In this document: one piece after another, positions 14,470 through 27,637 of the stretch
Layout: each line of letters starts with the position of its first letter
Position numbering within the stretch: the stretch's first letter is position 1
NCBI GenBank assembly: GCA_951406725.2
Contig: OX597815.1
Coordinates: 193,316,001 to 193,380,000 of the forward strand
Direction: 5' to 3'
Length of the DNA stretch: 64,000 bases
Origin: Octopus vulgaris
Lineage: Eukaryota
Position numbers and translations under genes: made by a program
The notes under the pieces: generated by a model
Told to the model about the DNA's origin: nothing
Databases searched by the model: none
What the model saw: the letters and a program-made list of their open reading frames with translations, nothing else

Positions 14470-14800
14470 CCTCCTTCTTCCCTTCCTTCCTGAGCGTCCA
14501 ATAATACTATATTTGTTCAACGTCCTAGCGTTGTTGTGCTTTCTCTTTGTGTTTTCATGTTTGGATTAACTTTATATATATATATATATCTATAAACTTT
14601 TAACTTTTATATTTATAGTTTGCATCTAATTATTTTTTGGTATAACAGTGCTCACTTAGTAAGTATTGCCTTCATTATTTTATCACAGTCATACTCTCTC
14701 TTTTTTAATCAAATTTCCCTGGAATTTATTCACAGGTTGAGCAACTAAGAGGCATTATTGTTCATATTAAAAATAACCTGCATCGAACTCTGTGGTCTAT

Positions 14801-15503
14801 TTAAGTCATGTTAAATAAAATAAACTTCTTTCTTCCATGAACTACTTTCTTCCATGTTAACTATAATGAACTTCCGTTCTTCCATCATAAAACATAGACC
14901 ATAGTTCAAAATTCCTTATGGGCCTAAAATGAATGTAATTTCCAAAGGTAACTACTGGCATTCATTTAACTGCACCTCAAAGATACAAAAGAAAAAAGAT
15001 AATGTCTTTAACTTTTGAACATACAGCTACTCACGTGTAAGCTATCAATGAACTGCTATAAGCTGACAGGAAAAGTATTTCAAAAACAAAGCTTTTGCTC
15101 TCTATAAAGTAAATTTCCCACGTTAGAGACAAAACCTGTCACGCTACTTATATAGTTACTACTAAAATCACCCTCAGTTTGCACAGAGAGGAATATTAAT
15201 ACCACTGCAGGTAAGGCGAGTAGGACCACAACATCTGTAGATTTTACCAAGTCAGATCTCTATCGCTAGCTGCACGAAACAGTGGAGGCTTATAAACATG
15301 GAAGTCAGTAAGTACATACAGTGATTAATTTTCCTAAGTATGTGTTTATGAATTTTCGCAGGATCTCGCTTTATGTCTGCTTCTATAATAATAATAATAA
15401 CACTGCGAATAATGCGACTAGGACCCCAACATTTACGGATTTTACCATTTCAGCCCTCTATCGCTAGCTGCACGAAACAATGGAGGTTCACAAATATGGA
15501 AGC
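14801..15503 (-). pseudogene. Disabled paralog of the small signal-peptide gene at 61735-62143 (unit A)
   Basis: Exon 15250-15035 has ATG changed to TTG and a 13-nt insertion causing a stop. Donor AC|gtgagt, acceptor ttttag|14923. The ancestral end HGRKKFILFNMT* is at 14801. A truncated second copy of the exon start has its ATG at 15448. Confidence 0.6.
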
Positions 15504-15701
15504 CTATAAGTATATATGTTAACGAATTTTCATAAATATATATATATTATTAAATTTTCCAAAGTATACGTTAACGAATTTTCGTAGGATCTCACTATAT
15601 ATATCCTATTTTATAATTGTTTTTGAAAACACACACCATGTTTGGTGTGTGTTTTCATTTCTGTCAGTTCACGAATGTTAAAGACTAATATAAACACCCT
15701 T

Positions 15702-15934
15702 AAGGCGGCGAGCTGGCAGAAACGTTAGCGCGCCGAGCGAAATGCTTAGCGGTATTTCGTCGATCGTTATGTTCTGAGTTCAAATTCCACCGAGGTCGAC
15801 TTTGCCTTTCATCCTTTCGGGCTCGATAAATAAAGTACCAGTTTCGCACTGGGGTCGATATAATCGACTTAATCCGTTTGTCTGTCCTTGTTTGTCCTCT
15901 CTTTGTTTAGCCCCTTGTGGGCAGTAAAGAAATA
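15702..15934 (+). mobile_element. Full-length SINE with a 15-bp TSD (duplicate at about 37042-37275)
   Basis: TSD AATATAAACACCCTT at 15687-15701 and 15935-15949; B-box-like GAGTTCAAATTCC. Confidence 0.9.
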
Positions 15935-16698
15935 AATATAAACACCCTTGTAATATACGCTGCACTAACTGAACCGAAGTAATATTTTTGAGTTCTGATA
16001 AAAATATCTTAAAATCCCCTACGAGCATGTGTGCATGTATATATGTGATCAAATATTTCTCCTACTATGCATGTCCGTGCACGCACCCTTCTGTGTAGAT
16101 GAAATCGAAACGTAAAAAACTGACCTCCATAGCTGTAACCTTAAATTTCAGTTACTTTATATATATACATGCACACGCACATACACATACACACGCACAC
16201 ACACACACACATGCTCACACACACAGACAGATAGATAGATTGATAGATAGATAGATACATATATACATACATACATACATACATACACACATACATACAT
16301 ACATACATACATAAATACAAACATACATACATGGAAATATTTCTTTACATTCTTCTATTCTTTTACTTGTGTCAGTCCATTTGGTTGAGGTCATGCTGGA
16401 GCACCGACTTCAAGAGTTTTACCCCAGATCTTATTCTTTGCTGGCCTAGTACTCATTCCCTTTTGCCGAACCGCTATGTTTCAGTGATGTAAACACACTA
16501 ACATCGATTCTCAAGGGATAGTAGTGGGACAAACACAGACACAAATATACACAGACATATGTATACATCACGGCTTCTTTCAGTTTCCCTCTACCAAATA
16601 TACTCACAAGGCTTTTGTCAGACCGATGTTTTAGAAGACGCCTGTTCGTGATGGGAGTAGTAGTAGTAGCAGAAGAGGAGATGGGAGTAGTAGTAGTA

Positions 16699-18440
16699 GC
16701 AGAAGAGGAGATGAGTTCGCGGATAGTGGAGGACACTCGCTGTTGGTAGGAAGAGGTGGGATCAGAGGGGAGGAGGCGATAGAAGAGGGGATTTTGAAGC
16801 TGGCTGAGCGCTTCCTCCCTGTAGAGATCCGCGCGCCACACCACCACTGCTCCGCCTTTGTCCGCCGGTTTGATGACCATGTCATTGCGGCGACGGAGGT
16901 GGCGAAGGGCAACCAATTCAGCCTGTGTGAGGTTGTCTCGGAGAGGTCTTTTTTAAAGTTAAACCGGTTTACCAACGCGTTGCAGTCGTTCACAAACGAG
17001 TCTAGGCTACTGAATTGGCCCGGGGGCGGCGTCCAGTTGGATGGGCGACGCCCCAGCTCCAAAAAGCAATCCTGATTGTCGTGACGCTGCGGAGATGCGT
17101 GGAAGAATGCGCAAAGTTTGAGGCGGCGCAGGAACTGGTTGACGTCCGTCCGAGTCTCGAATTCGTCACAGTGGCGCGTGAGAGGCGTGAAGCGGAGTCC
17201 CTTACTGAGGAGAGAGCGCTTAGCTGCGGAGAGGGGGGATATTGGGGGTATAGTGACAACAGTGCGAGGAAGCGGGGTGGTGGGATGAGTGCGGTCAGCA
17301 AGAGGGGGTGCAGAGGTGTGGGGAGGAGAGTTGGGGTGGTTGGGTGAAGATGGGGGTAGGCGTAGAAAGGTCGGGTCGGGGGGTGTTGGTCCGTGGAGGG
17401 GTGGAGAGAGTCGGGGGAGCTGGAGGGGAGGATGTGGAGGATGTGGAGGATAGGGGAGGGGAAGGAGGTGAAGGGTTGAGGAGGTGGTGGAGGTTTTTGT
17501 TTTTTGTGTGTGAGGAAATTGTGAAGCTGGTGGTTGAGATTAAGAATGAAGCGGAGAATAGGTTGGGTGAAAAGTGGAGGGCAGAGGGAGGAGAGAAGGA
17601 GGTAAGCTTGGGGAAGTAGGTGGTCAAAGGAGTGAAGGAGAGAACGGGTGGAACGGATGGTAGCACGGATGAGGAGGCGGGAAGTGCGGGCGAGGGTGGG
17701 TTCGATGAAGGGGAAGGAATAGGGGGTGGCGTGGAACTTCAAGAGGAAGCCACGGTGTGTGACGTGATAGCGGAGGCAACGGCTGAGGAAGGAGAGATGG
17801 CTAGAGTGGCGAGTTTTTTTAAAAAGTAAGTGAGAAAGTTTTTTTGCGGGTTGTAAGCATTGGGGGAGGGGAAGCGAGAAAGCGGCTAAGAAGGGATTGA
17901 AGGTGTTGGACGAACGAGTGCAAGTCAGCCATGTTGGGAAGTGGTGAATGTGTATGTAGGTGTAAGTGGTGCTGACACAAGTGGAAGAATGGAGGTGGAA
18001 GAAGAAAGGTAAAGAAGGAAAAGTACAGGGAGATAAGTTCAGGAAAAAAGTTCAGGAGAAAGTTAAATAAGAGTCACGGACAGATTCTTTTGATTTCCAA
18101 TCACGATTTCAGTGGCGTACTCCGGAAGGATGGTAACTGCAATCCGTAGGTGTAAAAGTCCAGGAATTGGCACCAAGGCGCTCGGTATCCGTGTGAGCGT
18201 GCAGTATATAAAGTTAATCCAAACAAGAAAACACAGAAAAAAAACACAGCAACGCGAGGACGTGGAACAATTAAAGTATTATTTGACGCTCAGGAAAGAA
18301 GGGAAGGAGGGTTTAACGTTTCGATCGGAGCTCTTCGTCGGAAACAAGGAGAAGGAAAGATCCCAAGAAGGGAAGACAGAGGAAAAAATATTTTAGCTGG
18401 TGGGGCTCAAGAGATTACGTGTTGAAAGATCACATGTTGA
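16699..18440 (-). mobile_element. GC-rich Penelope-like element, degenerate 5' half (unit A)
   Basis: VIKPADKGGAVVVW and LLSKGLRF-type motifs. The terminal repeat contains a hammerhead remnant at 18311-18345. Confidence 0.85.
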
Positions 18441-18452
18441 AAGAACATATAG

Positions 18453-18703
18453 TGGAGGATCGTGGCTTAGTGGTTAGGGTGTCAGCACCATGATCGTTAC
18501 ACTGTGGTTTCGATTCCTGGACCGGGCGACGAGTTGTGTTCTTGAGCAAAACATTTCATTTCGCGTTGTTCCAGTCCACTGGGCTGGCAAAAATGAGTAA
18601 CGCTGCAATGGACTGGCGTCCCGTCCAGCTGGGGAACACATACGCCATAGAAACCGGGAAACCGGGCTCATGAGCCAGGCTAAGCTTTGAAAAAAAGGGC
18701 GCA
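18453..18703 (+). mobile_element. tRNA-derived SINE, second family (duplicate at about 40342-40592)
   Basis: A box TGGCTTAGTGG and B-box-like GTTTCGATTCC, followed by a non-tRNA body. Confidence 0.8.
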
Positions 18704-18930
18704 TTTATTATATATATACATTAAGGATTCAGGTAGAATTGGGTGCCTGAAAAGATATAGACCTTGAGTTAATTTACTTAACTCCTCATTTTCTGATGAT
18801 GGAATACTTAGACGATGGAATCCTTGCTTGACACAACGTTCCAATAACTTGGATAATCAAGCAACAGGCATTTGAGACAATGTGAATTGTCCTTGTAAAG
18901 TTTTGCCAAACTTTTTGCTTTTTTAATATA

Positions 18931-20153
18931 TTGGGTTAGCAACTAAGTTCCCACCGTTTTTTTTTAACTTAAATTTTTAAAAGGTTTAATAAAAAAACAA
19001 CTAATTAATCAATAATGTATTCACCCTTGTTGTTTACAACTTCTTCCCAACGTTCAACAAGATTTTCAATATATCGTTGCTAGAAATCCCCCGATTTTGA
19101 CTTGAAAAATTGATCCAACCAAGCTCTCAATTCTGCATCAGTATTGAACGAAACTCTGCGCATAGCATTTGAAAGAGATTTAAACAGGTGGAAATCCGTT
19201 GGTACCAAATCAGGAGAGTACGGTAGGTGTGGTAGCATTTCCCCACCATGCGTTTGAAAGGCTTCCTTGGTCATATTGGCGATATGAAAACGGGCGTTGT
19301 CGTGCAGCAGAAGAACTCCATGCTGCCGATTGGGTATTTTCTCTTGAATAGCCGTGTTGAGTCGTTCCAGCTGTTGAACATAGTTTGCTTCCGTTCAAGC
19401 AATTCGTAATGAATAATCCCTTCCCAGTCCCACCATACATACAACATCGCTTTACGCGGATGAAGATTTTATTTCACGCGCGGTGTCGCTTGTTTACCGG
19501 GGCTAAGCCATTCCTTACGCCACTTCATGTTGATGTACAGACACCATCTTTCGTCACCAGTAACGATTTAGTAAAGAAATCGTTGCTTGTGTCCATGAGT
19601 TGAGCGGTGACGAGCAAGCAAACCAGCAGAGAATGTGGCTCGTTATTTTTTGTTTTCACTTAAAGCATGCGGAACCCATGCTTCATACTTCTGAACCTTT
19701 CCTATCGAGTGAAGATGCTTCTCTATAGCAGTGTGGTAGCATTCCATTTTCTCTGCCAGTTACTTTGTCGTTTGACGAGACTTTTCGTGCAAAAGTTGGT
19801 TTAATCGCTCTCCATCGAACTCAAATTGGACGGACAGAACGAGCTACGTCTTTGAGGTCAAAATTTCCATTTTTGAACTTGGCATACCACTCACTAGCAG
19901 TTCTTTCAGCTATGGCACCCTCTCCATACACAGCACAAATGTCACAAGTAGCTTTTGCGGCCTTAGAATCTTGATTAAAAGCAAAAAGGAGGTGTCGAAC
20001 ATGCTCGTTTTTCTTAACTTGACATTCCATTTTAATGATCGGAAAATAAACAAATATTAACTAAAATTAAATAGAAAAAAATAGATTCCAAAATTTAAAA
20101 ATGTAAAAAAATCAAAAATTTTAAACAACGCGGGAACTTAGTTGCCAACCTAA
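18931..20153 (-). mobile_element. Mariner (DD34D-type) transposon, full length but defective
   Basis: TIRs TTGGGTTAGCAACTAAGTTCCC / GGGAACTTAGTTGCCAACCTAA flanked by TA. Fragments MECQVKKNEH, WVPH and YSPDLVPTDFHLF. Confidence 0.92.
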
Positions 20154-20192
20154 TATATAAATACACACACACACGCACACACACACACGCAT

Positions 20193-20244
<52 letters not shown>

Positions 20245-20248
<4 letters not shown>

Positions 20249-21151
20249 AAAACTGTAGTTGTGTGAGTGTCTGTCCCCTTCGATTTAGATTCCTAACTAC
20301 TCCCACATTTTGCGGTGCAGTTTAACCAAATTCGGGTATCTTATAGTCGTGATTCATATCGAGCTCGTCTGGATATTAGCGCGCGTCTACAATGAGACTA
20401 CAATTTTAAAAATAAATTAACATAATTTTTTATTCCATTTTAATGCATATTTTTTCGTGTGTCGATGGCGGCGGAGTTGGCGTCCACGCTCACACCTGCA
20501 CCTGTGTTGCTTCTCCCCCTTCTTTCCTCCCTCATGAAGCTGTGGGGAAGGGAGTGTAAGGAAATCAACGTCGTAATGCGTTGTCAAGGAGACCAGCGTT
20601 CTTTTAGAACAACGACTTCATGGCTTGAAGTCGCCAAAACAGAAATCGCTAAAAAAGCTGAAACAGATCCACAAAAACGGCAATTACCGCCACACAGGGC
20701 AGGTTTCCTGTGCAAACAATTTGCACAACCGAATGTTTTACTTGTTGCACAAATCTTTATAGATAAAAGTAAGGTTATGTGTCTGTATCCTACGATTTAG
20801 ATTCCTAACTACTCCCACATTTTGCGGTGCAGTGTAACCAAAACCGGGTATCTTATAGTCGTGATTCATATCGAGCCCTTCTGGGTATTAGCGCGCATCT
20901 ACGATGAGTCTACGATTTAAAAAAAAATTTACCATCATTTTTTATTCCATTTTAATGCATTTTTCGCTATTATATAAGGGAAGTAACTCTCTAAAAATGT
21001 CTACGATGAGTCAACGATTAAGAAAAGAAATTACCATCATTTTTTATTCCATTTTTAATGCATTTTTTGCTATTTTTTTGCTATAACTCACTAAAAATGC
21101 TTATATAGTTATTTCCCTTACAAACCCGAGCAACGCCGGGCGATACTGCTA

Positions 21152-21152
<1 letters not shown>
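20245..21152 (+). mobile_element. Non-autonomous Helitron with an internal duplication, present only in unit A
   Basis: Same 3' hairpin and CTAG|T as 4226-4529. The 5' module is repeated at about 20270 and 20790. Unit B has only (TA)n at about 42060-42200. Confidence 0.85.
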
Positions 21153-21213
<61 letters not shown>

Positions 21214-22264
21214 TGAATGATCTATTGTATCAAATTATTAATACTATTAAAGTATTTATGTATTTAATACGAGCAATTATATATTATATAATTATATATT
21301 TTATAATCAGATTATATATACTTTCTGACACAACAATTAAAATATATTTTAAATCATTTATTTATTTTAAATCCTTCATGTTTCTCTCCCCCTCTCACAC
21401 ACATACATTACTTTGGGCGCAAAAGAGTTTTGTTTTAATTTTACGTCGATGAAAAAGTGTTTTGTTGAGAATCCATCTATTTAACAACGAAACAAAGAGG
21501 TAGGAAGCAATTTGTCAGTGAATTACATAATATATATGGGTACAATTTCCGAGGTTTCCACCACACCCTACCTCTCCTTTCTCCCCCACTCATTTGTCTC
21601 CCACTGAAATTAATCAACTCACACTTGATTAATCTATTTAATTGTCATGCCTACCACATTTAGAGATTACTTTTTCTATTACATTTATCACACATCCTTT
21701 CCTCAATAGTAATTTCACAAGGTTAAGTAGATTGTCAACAACTGTTAAAATTATATGTTGATTTCCATCGATCCGACGATCTATTTGCAATTGGAAATGT
21801 AACGAAAATAAATCATGTTGTTTGAAACATCGTCTTTGAGTTACACACTTTTCAGTATACTCTGCAAGAATCATCATCATCACCATCATCATTATCATCA
21901 TCAGTTACGTCCTATAACTCCATCATCGTCTGATTTTCGGGTCTCTTCGTTACGTATATAATGGAATTGTGATTATGTATATCAGAAACTATATATATAA
22001 GCCGAAATAATTTGTTGGCCTGTTATGGGTTTTATAATTGTTTATGTTATTTAATATTGTTATATTATAATCATAGTAATTAATGTAATATTCTAATATA
22101 GATAAATCATTGGATTGTCAATAGTATATTTCTAATTAATGTAATAGTGATGGTATTAATTATTTTTTAAAATTTTACAGCATATAACATTTGTTGACTA
22201 ATTAAATGTATGAGGAATGTACACTTTGAAATATCGCTTGTGGAATCTAATTTCTTTTTTACAG

Positions 22265-22599
22265 ATAACACGAAAACTGCTGAGCCGAACGATGAACCAC
22301 CAGGATACTATGATAACCATGGATACGCAACTGATTTTTATATTGCTTCGACATCTGGACATTCCGAACAACCTGGATATCCACTACCACCAGCATATAC
22401 ACCACACTCCGAATATCCACCACAAACGGAATATCCACCACAACCCGAATATCCACCACCACCAGCATATACAGCACAAACCGGATTTCCATCACAAACG
22501 GAATATCCACCACAAACAGAATATCCACCACAAACCGGAGACCTGTCACAACCAACACCTGTGCTACAACAACCACAGCGACAACAGCAAACTGTTATT
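22265..22599 (+). CDS. CD225/dispanin (IFITM/PRRT-like) gene copy A, proline-rich exon
   Basis: Acceptor tttttttacag| and donor |gtaagc (phase 1 to 0). Encodes PPGY and PPAY motifs and 18-bp EYPPQT repeats. The start exon was not identified. Confidence 0.85.
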
Positions 22600-22899
22600 G
22601 TAAGCAAATATCATTTCTCATTTTACTCCTTACTCTACTACAACCATTTAGCCCAAACCGAGATCTTATCTTTAGAAAGTTTTAGACATCAAACGTAACT
22701 TTACCACGAAATCATCTGTAAGAGTTTTTAGTCAGTCAGATCATTAAATTGAGCACAATAAATGTTTTAATTTGGTATTTATTTTAGCAGTATATTTTAA
22801 TTGAATGTGTGATAAGTTGCACTGAAGTACAATGGTAAGAGTAGCAATCGGAGTAACTGATATGGAAGATATATACACATTTATATGACTCTCATTCAG

Positions 22900-23530
22900 C
22901 AAGCCATCACTGCTCCGTTCCTGTGATGTATTAGAGATCTCATGTCTGTTTTCTGCTATGAGATTACATTTATCAGAAAGAACTGTATTTTCAATCGTTT
23001 CCTCTGCTACTGTTTTCCGATACCCGTCATTTGCTAGCTTCGAGCTCTACTTCTGTGAACCAACTATTTTTTCTTATTGCTCTAGCTTGATCCCATAATC
23101 TCTGATCCGTGAATTGAAACAATACTCTTTCTCTCCGTTGATCATACATACGTTGTCGGTTACTTCTAATATGAAGACCATTTTCGATTATAGGGTTGCT
23201 CAGGCAGTAACACTCCATGACCAGAGCATTGACTTGTTTGTTTCATCTACGCTGTGTGTGCTGGTCCCTTGCTGGATAATGACAGGCTGGAGTCAGACCA
23301 GTATTTCTGAGTCTGCCGGGTGCAACACTGTCACCATGTAGGGCTTCAGTTTCATTACGACCGCTATTCAAAATATTTTGTGTTTTCGTTGTCACACATA
23401 TGAGGTAGCGATTATCAGGTTGTGCAATTACCAGTGTTTTTATTGTAACACAATCACTAGATGTATCATCAATCAGAACATAGGGAGATTCCAACCGCTT
23501 CCTTTCATTGTTATTATTATCATCACTGAT
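22900..23530 (-). mobile_element. R4/Dong-like non-LTR element, N-terminal fragment (duplicate at about 43830-44480)
   Basis: RRWNKQVNALVMECY...TDQRLWDQARAIRKNSWFTEVELE. Confidence 0.65.
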
Positions 23531-23632
23531 ATTATTTTCATTTTTTACTATTTGTCATTGTTAACATTTCCTCCGACTCGACATGATTTTTGGCTAAGTT
23601 ATTATCCCCCTCCTCTTCATCACCATCATCGT

Positions 23633-23633
23633 C

Positions 23634-23684
<51 letters not shown>

Positions 23685-23721
23685 GGTGGTGGTGGTGGTG
23701 GTGGTGGTGGTGGTGGTAGCT

Positions 23722-23757
<36 letters not shown>

Positions 23758-23758
23758 A

Positions 23759-23827
<69 letters not shown>

Positions 23828-23835
23828 CAGCAGCA
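23633..23835. repeat. Compound (GTA)n(GTG)n(GCA)n microsatellite; shorter in unit B (44524-44620)
   Basis: Seen directly. Confidence 0.95.
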
Positions 23836-24179
23836 TTTAGGGTGTGAGCTGACAGGATCGTTATCACGTTGGACGAATTTCTTAGCGGCATTTCAACCGT
23901 CACTGCGTTCTGAGTTCAAATTCCACAGAGGTCGATGTTGCCTTTCACCCTAGGGGCCGATAAATTAAGTACCATACCAGTGAAAAACTGCGGTCAATAT
24001 AATCAACGCATCCTCTCTCCCTACATCTGAGGCTTTGTGCCCCCAGTAGAAAGGATTATTATTGTTCTTATTTTTATTATTTACATTTTATTTGCATGTT
24101 TGTTACAATCACTTGCCGAGACACACTCGGCGTCGTGGGGCTAGTAAAGGATAAAAGATCTGACAGAATGAGTGAATAT

Positions 24180-26400
24180 TTGAGAGGGAGGGGTGGCAGG
24201 GGCAGTAGCGAAATATCTTCATGTAACACAGCACAGATATTTAAATTGACAGGATTTGCTCCGCGTGTGGGCAGTCAACATTTTTTTGTTTGATTTCCTG
24301 AGATATTATGTAGATGTTGTTGTCATCCTTCTCTTATCACCCCTAGGACACCCACAATAACAGGAACAGCGGTTGCTTTAAGATGTCACATCTTCTGTAT
24401 TTCAAGTTCAAAGTCCTTATATTTACTCAATTTCTCAAATTCCTTTACAGTTATATTTTTATCAGTGGGAACACATACATGTATTAGTCTACAAATATTT
24501 TCTTCTCTGTCTGTAATGTCTATGGCTAGTGGATTAGCCTGGATCGTTCTGTCACTGTTGACTAGAAAATCCCAGAGCATAGTGATACTTTTACCTTCAA
24601 CGGCTGGCGCAAATGATATTCATACCAGTAAGCAGGAATGCTGCTTTCGTAGTCTTTACATATTTTCCAATGTAGACACTGTCCTAAACTATCGTGGTGA
24701 TTTTTGTATTCGTTTGATATTAGCACAGGACATCGCGAGATGGGATGGTTTATTGTTTCATCAAATTTATCGCAGAATCTACATTTAGTGTCAGAACCGT
24801 ATTGTATAACGTTAGCCTGAGAGATTTTTGTAAGGAAGCTTTGATCTTGTGCCGCCAATATGGAGCCTTCAGTCTTTGCTTTCATTTCCGAGTTTCTCAG
24901 TCAATGTTTGGTTGTTGCTTGATCTACATCAGCATTTCGACTTCGAAGTATCTACTATCCATACAGAGGCTTCTGACTCCGCCGCTCCTCAATTTGTTTT
25001 CGCCCGTTCTTTTTTGCAGTCTGTTTTATCCGTTTTGTTTCTTATTTAACAATGATTTCAGACTTTTCATCTGATGCAGGGTTAATGCTAAGTTCACTTG
25101 CGAAGTTGCTAGTTTCCTTGACGATACAATGTGATTTTTGGCTGCTTTTGTGTTTGCTCACAAGCCGCAGTATCCAGTCTTCTGTACTAGATAAGTACTT
25201 GTTCATTGCTATTGTAGAGGTCTTAGAGCACAGTTCTACCTACATCATTCTTCTTTTTCCCATTACTTCTAAGTAGGTACAGACGATCAGCTTCTGATTT
25301 GGGGTGGTGCATGTTCTTAGAAGTTAGTAGTTTTCTTGTCTTCCTGTCCAGGCGTTGGAGTTCTTTAAGATTACATTTAAGGGTGTTAAAAGTGTATTCG
25401 ACTACTTGAAGTACCAGGATGTTAATGGGCTCGATGCATCTTTGAAAGCGAGTCGTATTCTTCTGTAATATTATTGTGGTTTTTCCCTCACAGTTGCATA
25501 CTATATGCCGTCTGCATCATTTTACTCCAGGTACTTATAGTACCCTTGTGAGTCAGGATCCTTAATGGTAGTGTCGGTATCTAACTTAATGGAAGCTGTT
25601 TGCTTGAGATTTTCCCTAACAAAAGTTGCTTTAGCACACTTATCAAGGCCAAAATCCATTCCAATATCATTGTTGAACTCTTTAACAAGTCTGCCAGTAA
25701 ACTCAGACTTGTTGAGGTCTCTCATAATATCTTATTTTGCTTCTATGATCTCCTCTTTACTATTCACATCAAATTCTGTGTCATGTTTATTTTGGTGCTC
25801 TTGGGGTAGGTCTCCGTACTCCTCTTTTTCCATTATTCTTTCTTTTAATTTCTCGTTGGGATTTACTGCTCATACTTTGGGCTCTGTGCATCTGTTACCT
25901 ATTTCATCTAAGTTATTGATGTTTTCATTGGGTCTCGCATGAGATATTTGTGTCCTAATCTGGCTAATTTCAGCATCAGTTAACCTTTAATTCCTCATGA
26001 TGTCCCTACGTATATCACTTCTTTTATTTGCCTCTATATATCTGCTTACATCGTTACCTACTAAGTTTCTACATGACGGGTATGTTTGTACAATAAGGTT
26101 ACTGTTTGGGTTTAGCTGGATTGCTGAGAAAGCCTTCAACTTGTCTCTATAATCCTCACTAGTCCATTTTCTGCGTTTTGTTTTAGTTGATGATTATAGT
26201 GGTGCTACTACAAGTCTAGGGTTAGGGTCATCCTGGCTCAGGTGACCTGGCAGTTAGTTTTTTTTTTAAGTTTGTTCAAGCAGCAGACCTTCTGACCACA
26301 AAATGTTTCCCCACTAAGTGCAGCAGTTCTTGATGTATCGGGCTCCGACTGAATCGACATGAGTTTGGTTTGTCAGTAAAGCATTGACGGTGACAATAGG
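24180..26400 (-). mobile_element. R4/Dong-clade non-LTR retrotransposon with restriction-like endonuclease, degraded (duplicate at about 44970-47180)
   Basis: DIGMDFGLDKCAK, TEGSILAAQDQ, CRFC..ETINH..C zinc knuckle, LWDF..DR, EKLSKYKD. Confidence 0.85.
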
Positions 26401-27081
26401 AGACGGGTCTGTTTGTTCAAGGTTGACTTATTGATATGACAGCGCTTCCTTGTTTTCCTATGGACATATTTATCGTATCGTAGGCTTGTTTCACCATCTT
26501 CACGGGCATTTGATGTCCATCTTCACAGGCATTTGATGTCCTTCTCTGTGGCTGATCTCCACAACTCTTCAAGATTGAGTGGATTCTTCTTTAATTCTGT
26601 ACACATTTGTTCGATGATATTTAAGTCAGGGCTCTGAGCTGGCCAACTTTCAATATGGTAGTACCTATTTCTTTACTACCCACAAGGGGCTAAACACAGA
26701 GGGGACAAACAAGCTATGTCTCTGGGCATAAATGCTTCGTGATGCTTTAAACCGAGTGACTAATTTGCTCTTTCTTATATTCTTCTGTGGGGGGGGGTTG
26801 CTTTGATTTTGTTTGGTACTGCATTGCTCGTGGTAGGTGTTTGTCTTTTATTTTCTGTATGTTCATGTGTGTGTCCTGTAGACATTTTTTATGTTGCTTG
26901 TAAAAATAAGTATGTGCACTTGGAGAAATGGAAAGTTGCATGTAAAGATAATTATTCAATCTACGTAATTACTGTGTAATTAGTGTGTTTGACCAGGTTT
27001 CCGCGTACTGGTTTCGGCGTCTTTCGCATGTCATATAGAGATATCATGCATTTCAGAAAGAACCTACACTGTATGTAAGAA

Positions 27082-27311
27082 GGCGGCGAGCTGTCACAAA
27101 CGTTAACGCGCCGGGCGAAATGCTTAGCGGTATTTCGTCTGTCGCAACGTTCTGAGTTCAATTCTGCCGAGGTCGACTTTGCCTTTCATCCTTTCGGGGT
27201 CGATAAATTAAGTACCAGTTACGCACTGGGGTCGATGTAATCGACTTAATACCTATGTCTGTCCTTGTTTGTCCCCTCTGTGTTTAGCCCCTTGTGGGTA
27301 GTAAAGAAATA
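27082..27311 (+). mobile_element. SINE with TSD (duplicate at about 47872-48102)
   Basis: TSD TGTATGTAAGAA at 27070 and 27312. Confidence 0.88.
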
Positions 27312-27526
27312 TGTATGTAAGAAAAATCCTTCTGAATTTCTTATTCCTTTGCTTTCTTTACGAAGACTTTTCCCATTGCTGTATCTCGATGTTGTCCTTC
27401 CATTGCACCGACGTTACTGTTTTGTGGAGAGGGGATCTTAGAGTACAACCATGTTGTGCTCATCATCGTTATAAACATCCCTAGATAATTGTATTATTTT
27501 TTTTTTCTTATTTCTTCTCTTTTCAG

Positions 27527-27637
27527 ACAGAAAACCAGGAAATAAAATACTTAGGCTGTAAGATATGTGCAGCAATATACGTCACCTTTTTCTGCTGTTT
27601 TCCAACAGGCATTGTTGCTTCTATTAAGTTAAGTGAG
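27527..27637 (+). CDS. CD225 gene copy A, exon encoding the intramembrane CC segment
   Basis: Long pyrimidine tract and tttcag| acceptor, GAG|gtaagt donor, 111 nt, phase 0-0. Translates TENQEIKYLGCKICAAIYVTFFCCFPTGIVASIKLSE, matching the CD225 CCxPxGIVA signature. Confidence 0.92.

Noticed and set aside
15298-15313. ATG GAA GTC A|GTAAGT (and ATG CAA GCC T|GTAAGT at 62191) as a phase-1 first exon of the CD225 gene
   Set aside because: The phase fits, but unit B has GTG, and the same bases are explained as the - strand acceptor region of the small gene. This is unresolved without RNA data.
21638-21901. 87-aa - strand ORF conserved in both units (also 42628-42891)
   Set aside because: It starts in a (CAT)n microsatellite, and its conservation is explained by the recent duplication.
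22405-22540. Regular short repeats resembling a CRISPR array
   Set aside because: They are in-frame 18-bp coding repeats without unique spacers, in a eukaryotic context.
22210-22698. Single-exon 162-aa ORF (151 aa in B) taken as the whole gene
   Set aside because: Strong splice sites lie inside it and the downstream exons continue in phase. The MRNVHF.. and VSKYHF.. ends are probably intronic, although a start at 22210 cannot be excluded.
26990-27060. Possible hammerhead on the - strand (GAAACCUGGUC / GAAACCAGUA)
   Set aside because: No correctly placed NUGANNA core or stem I could be assigned.
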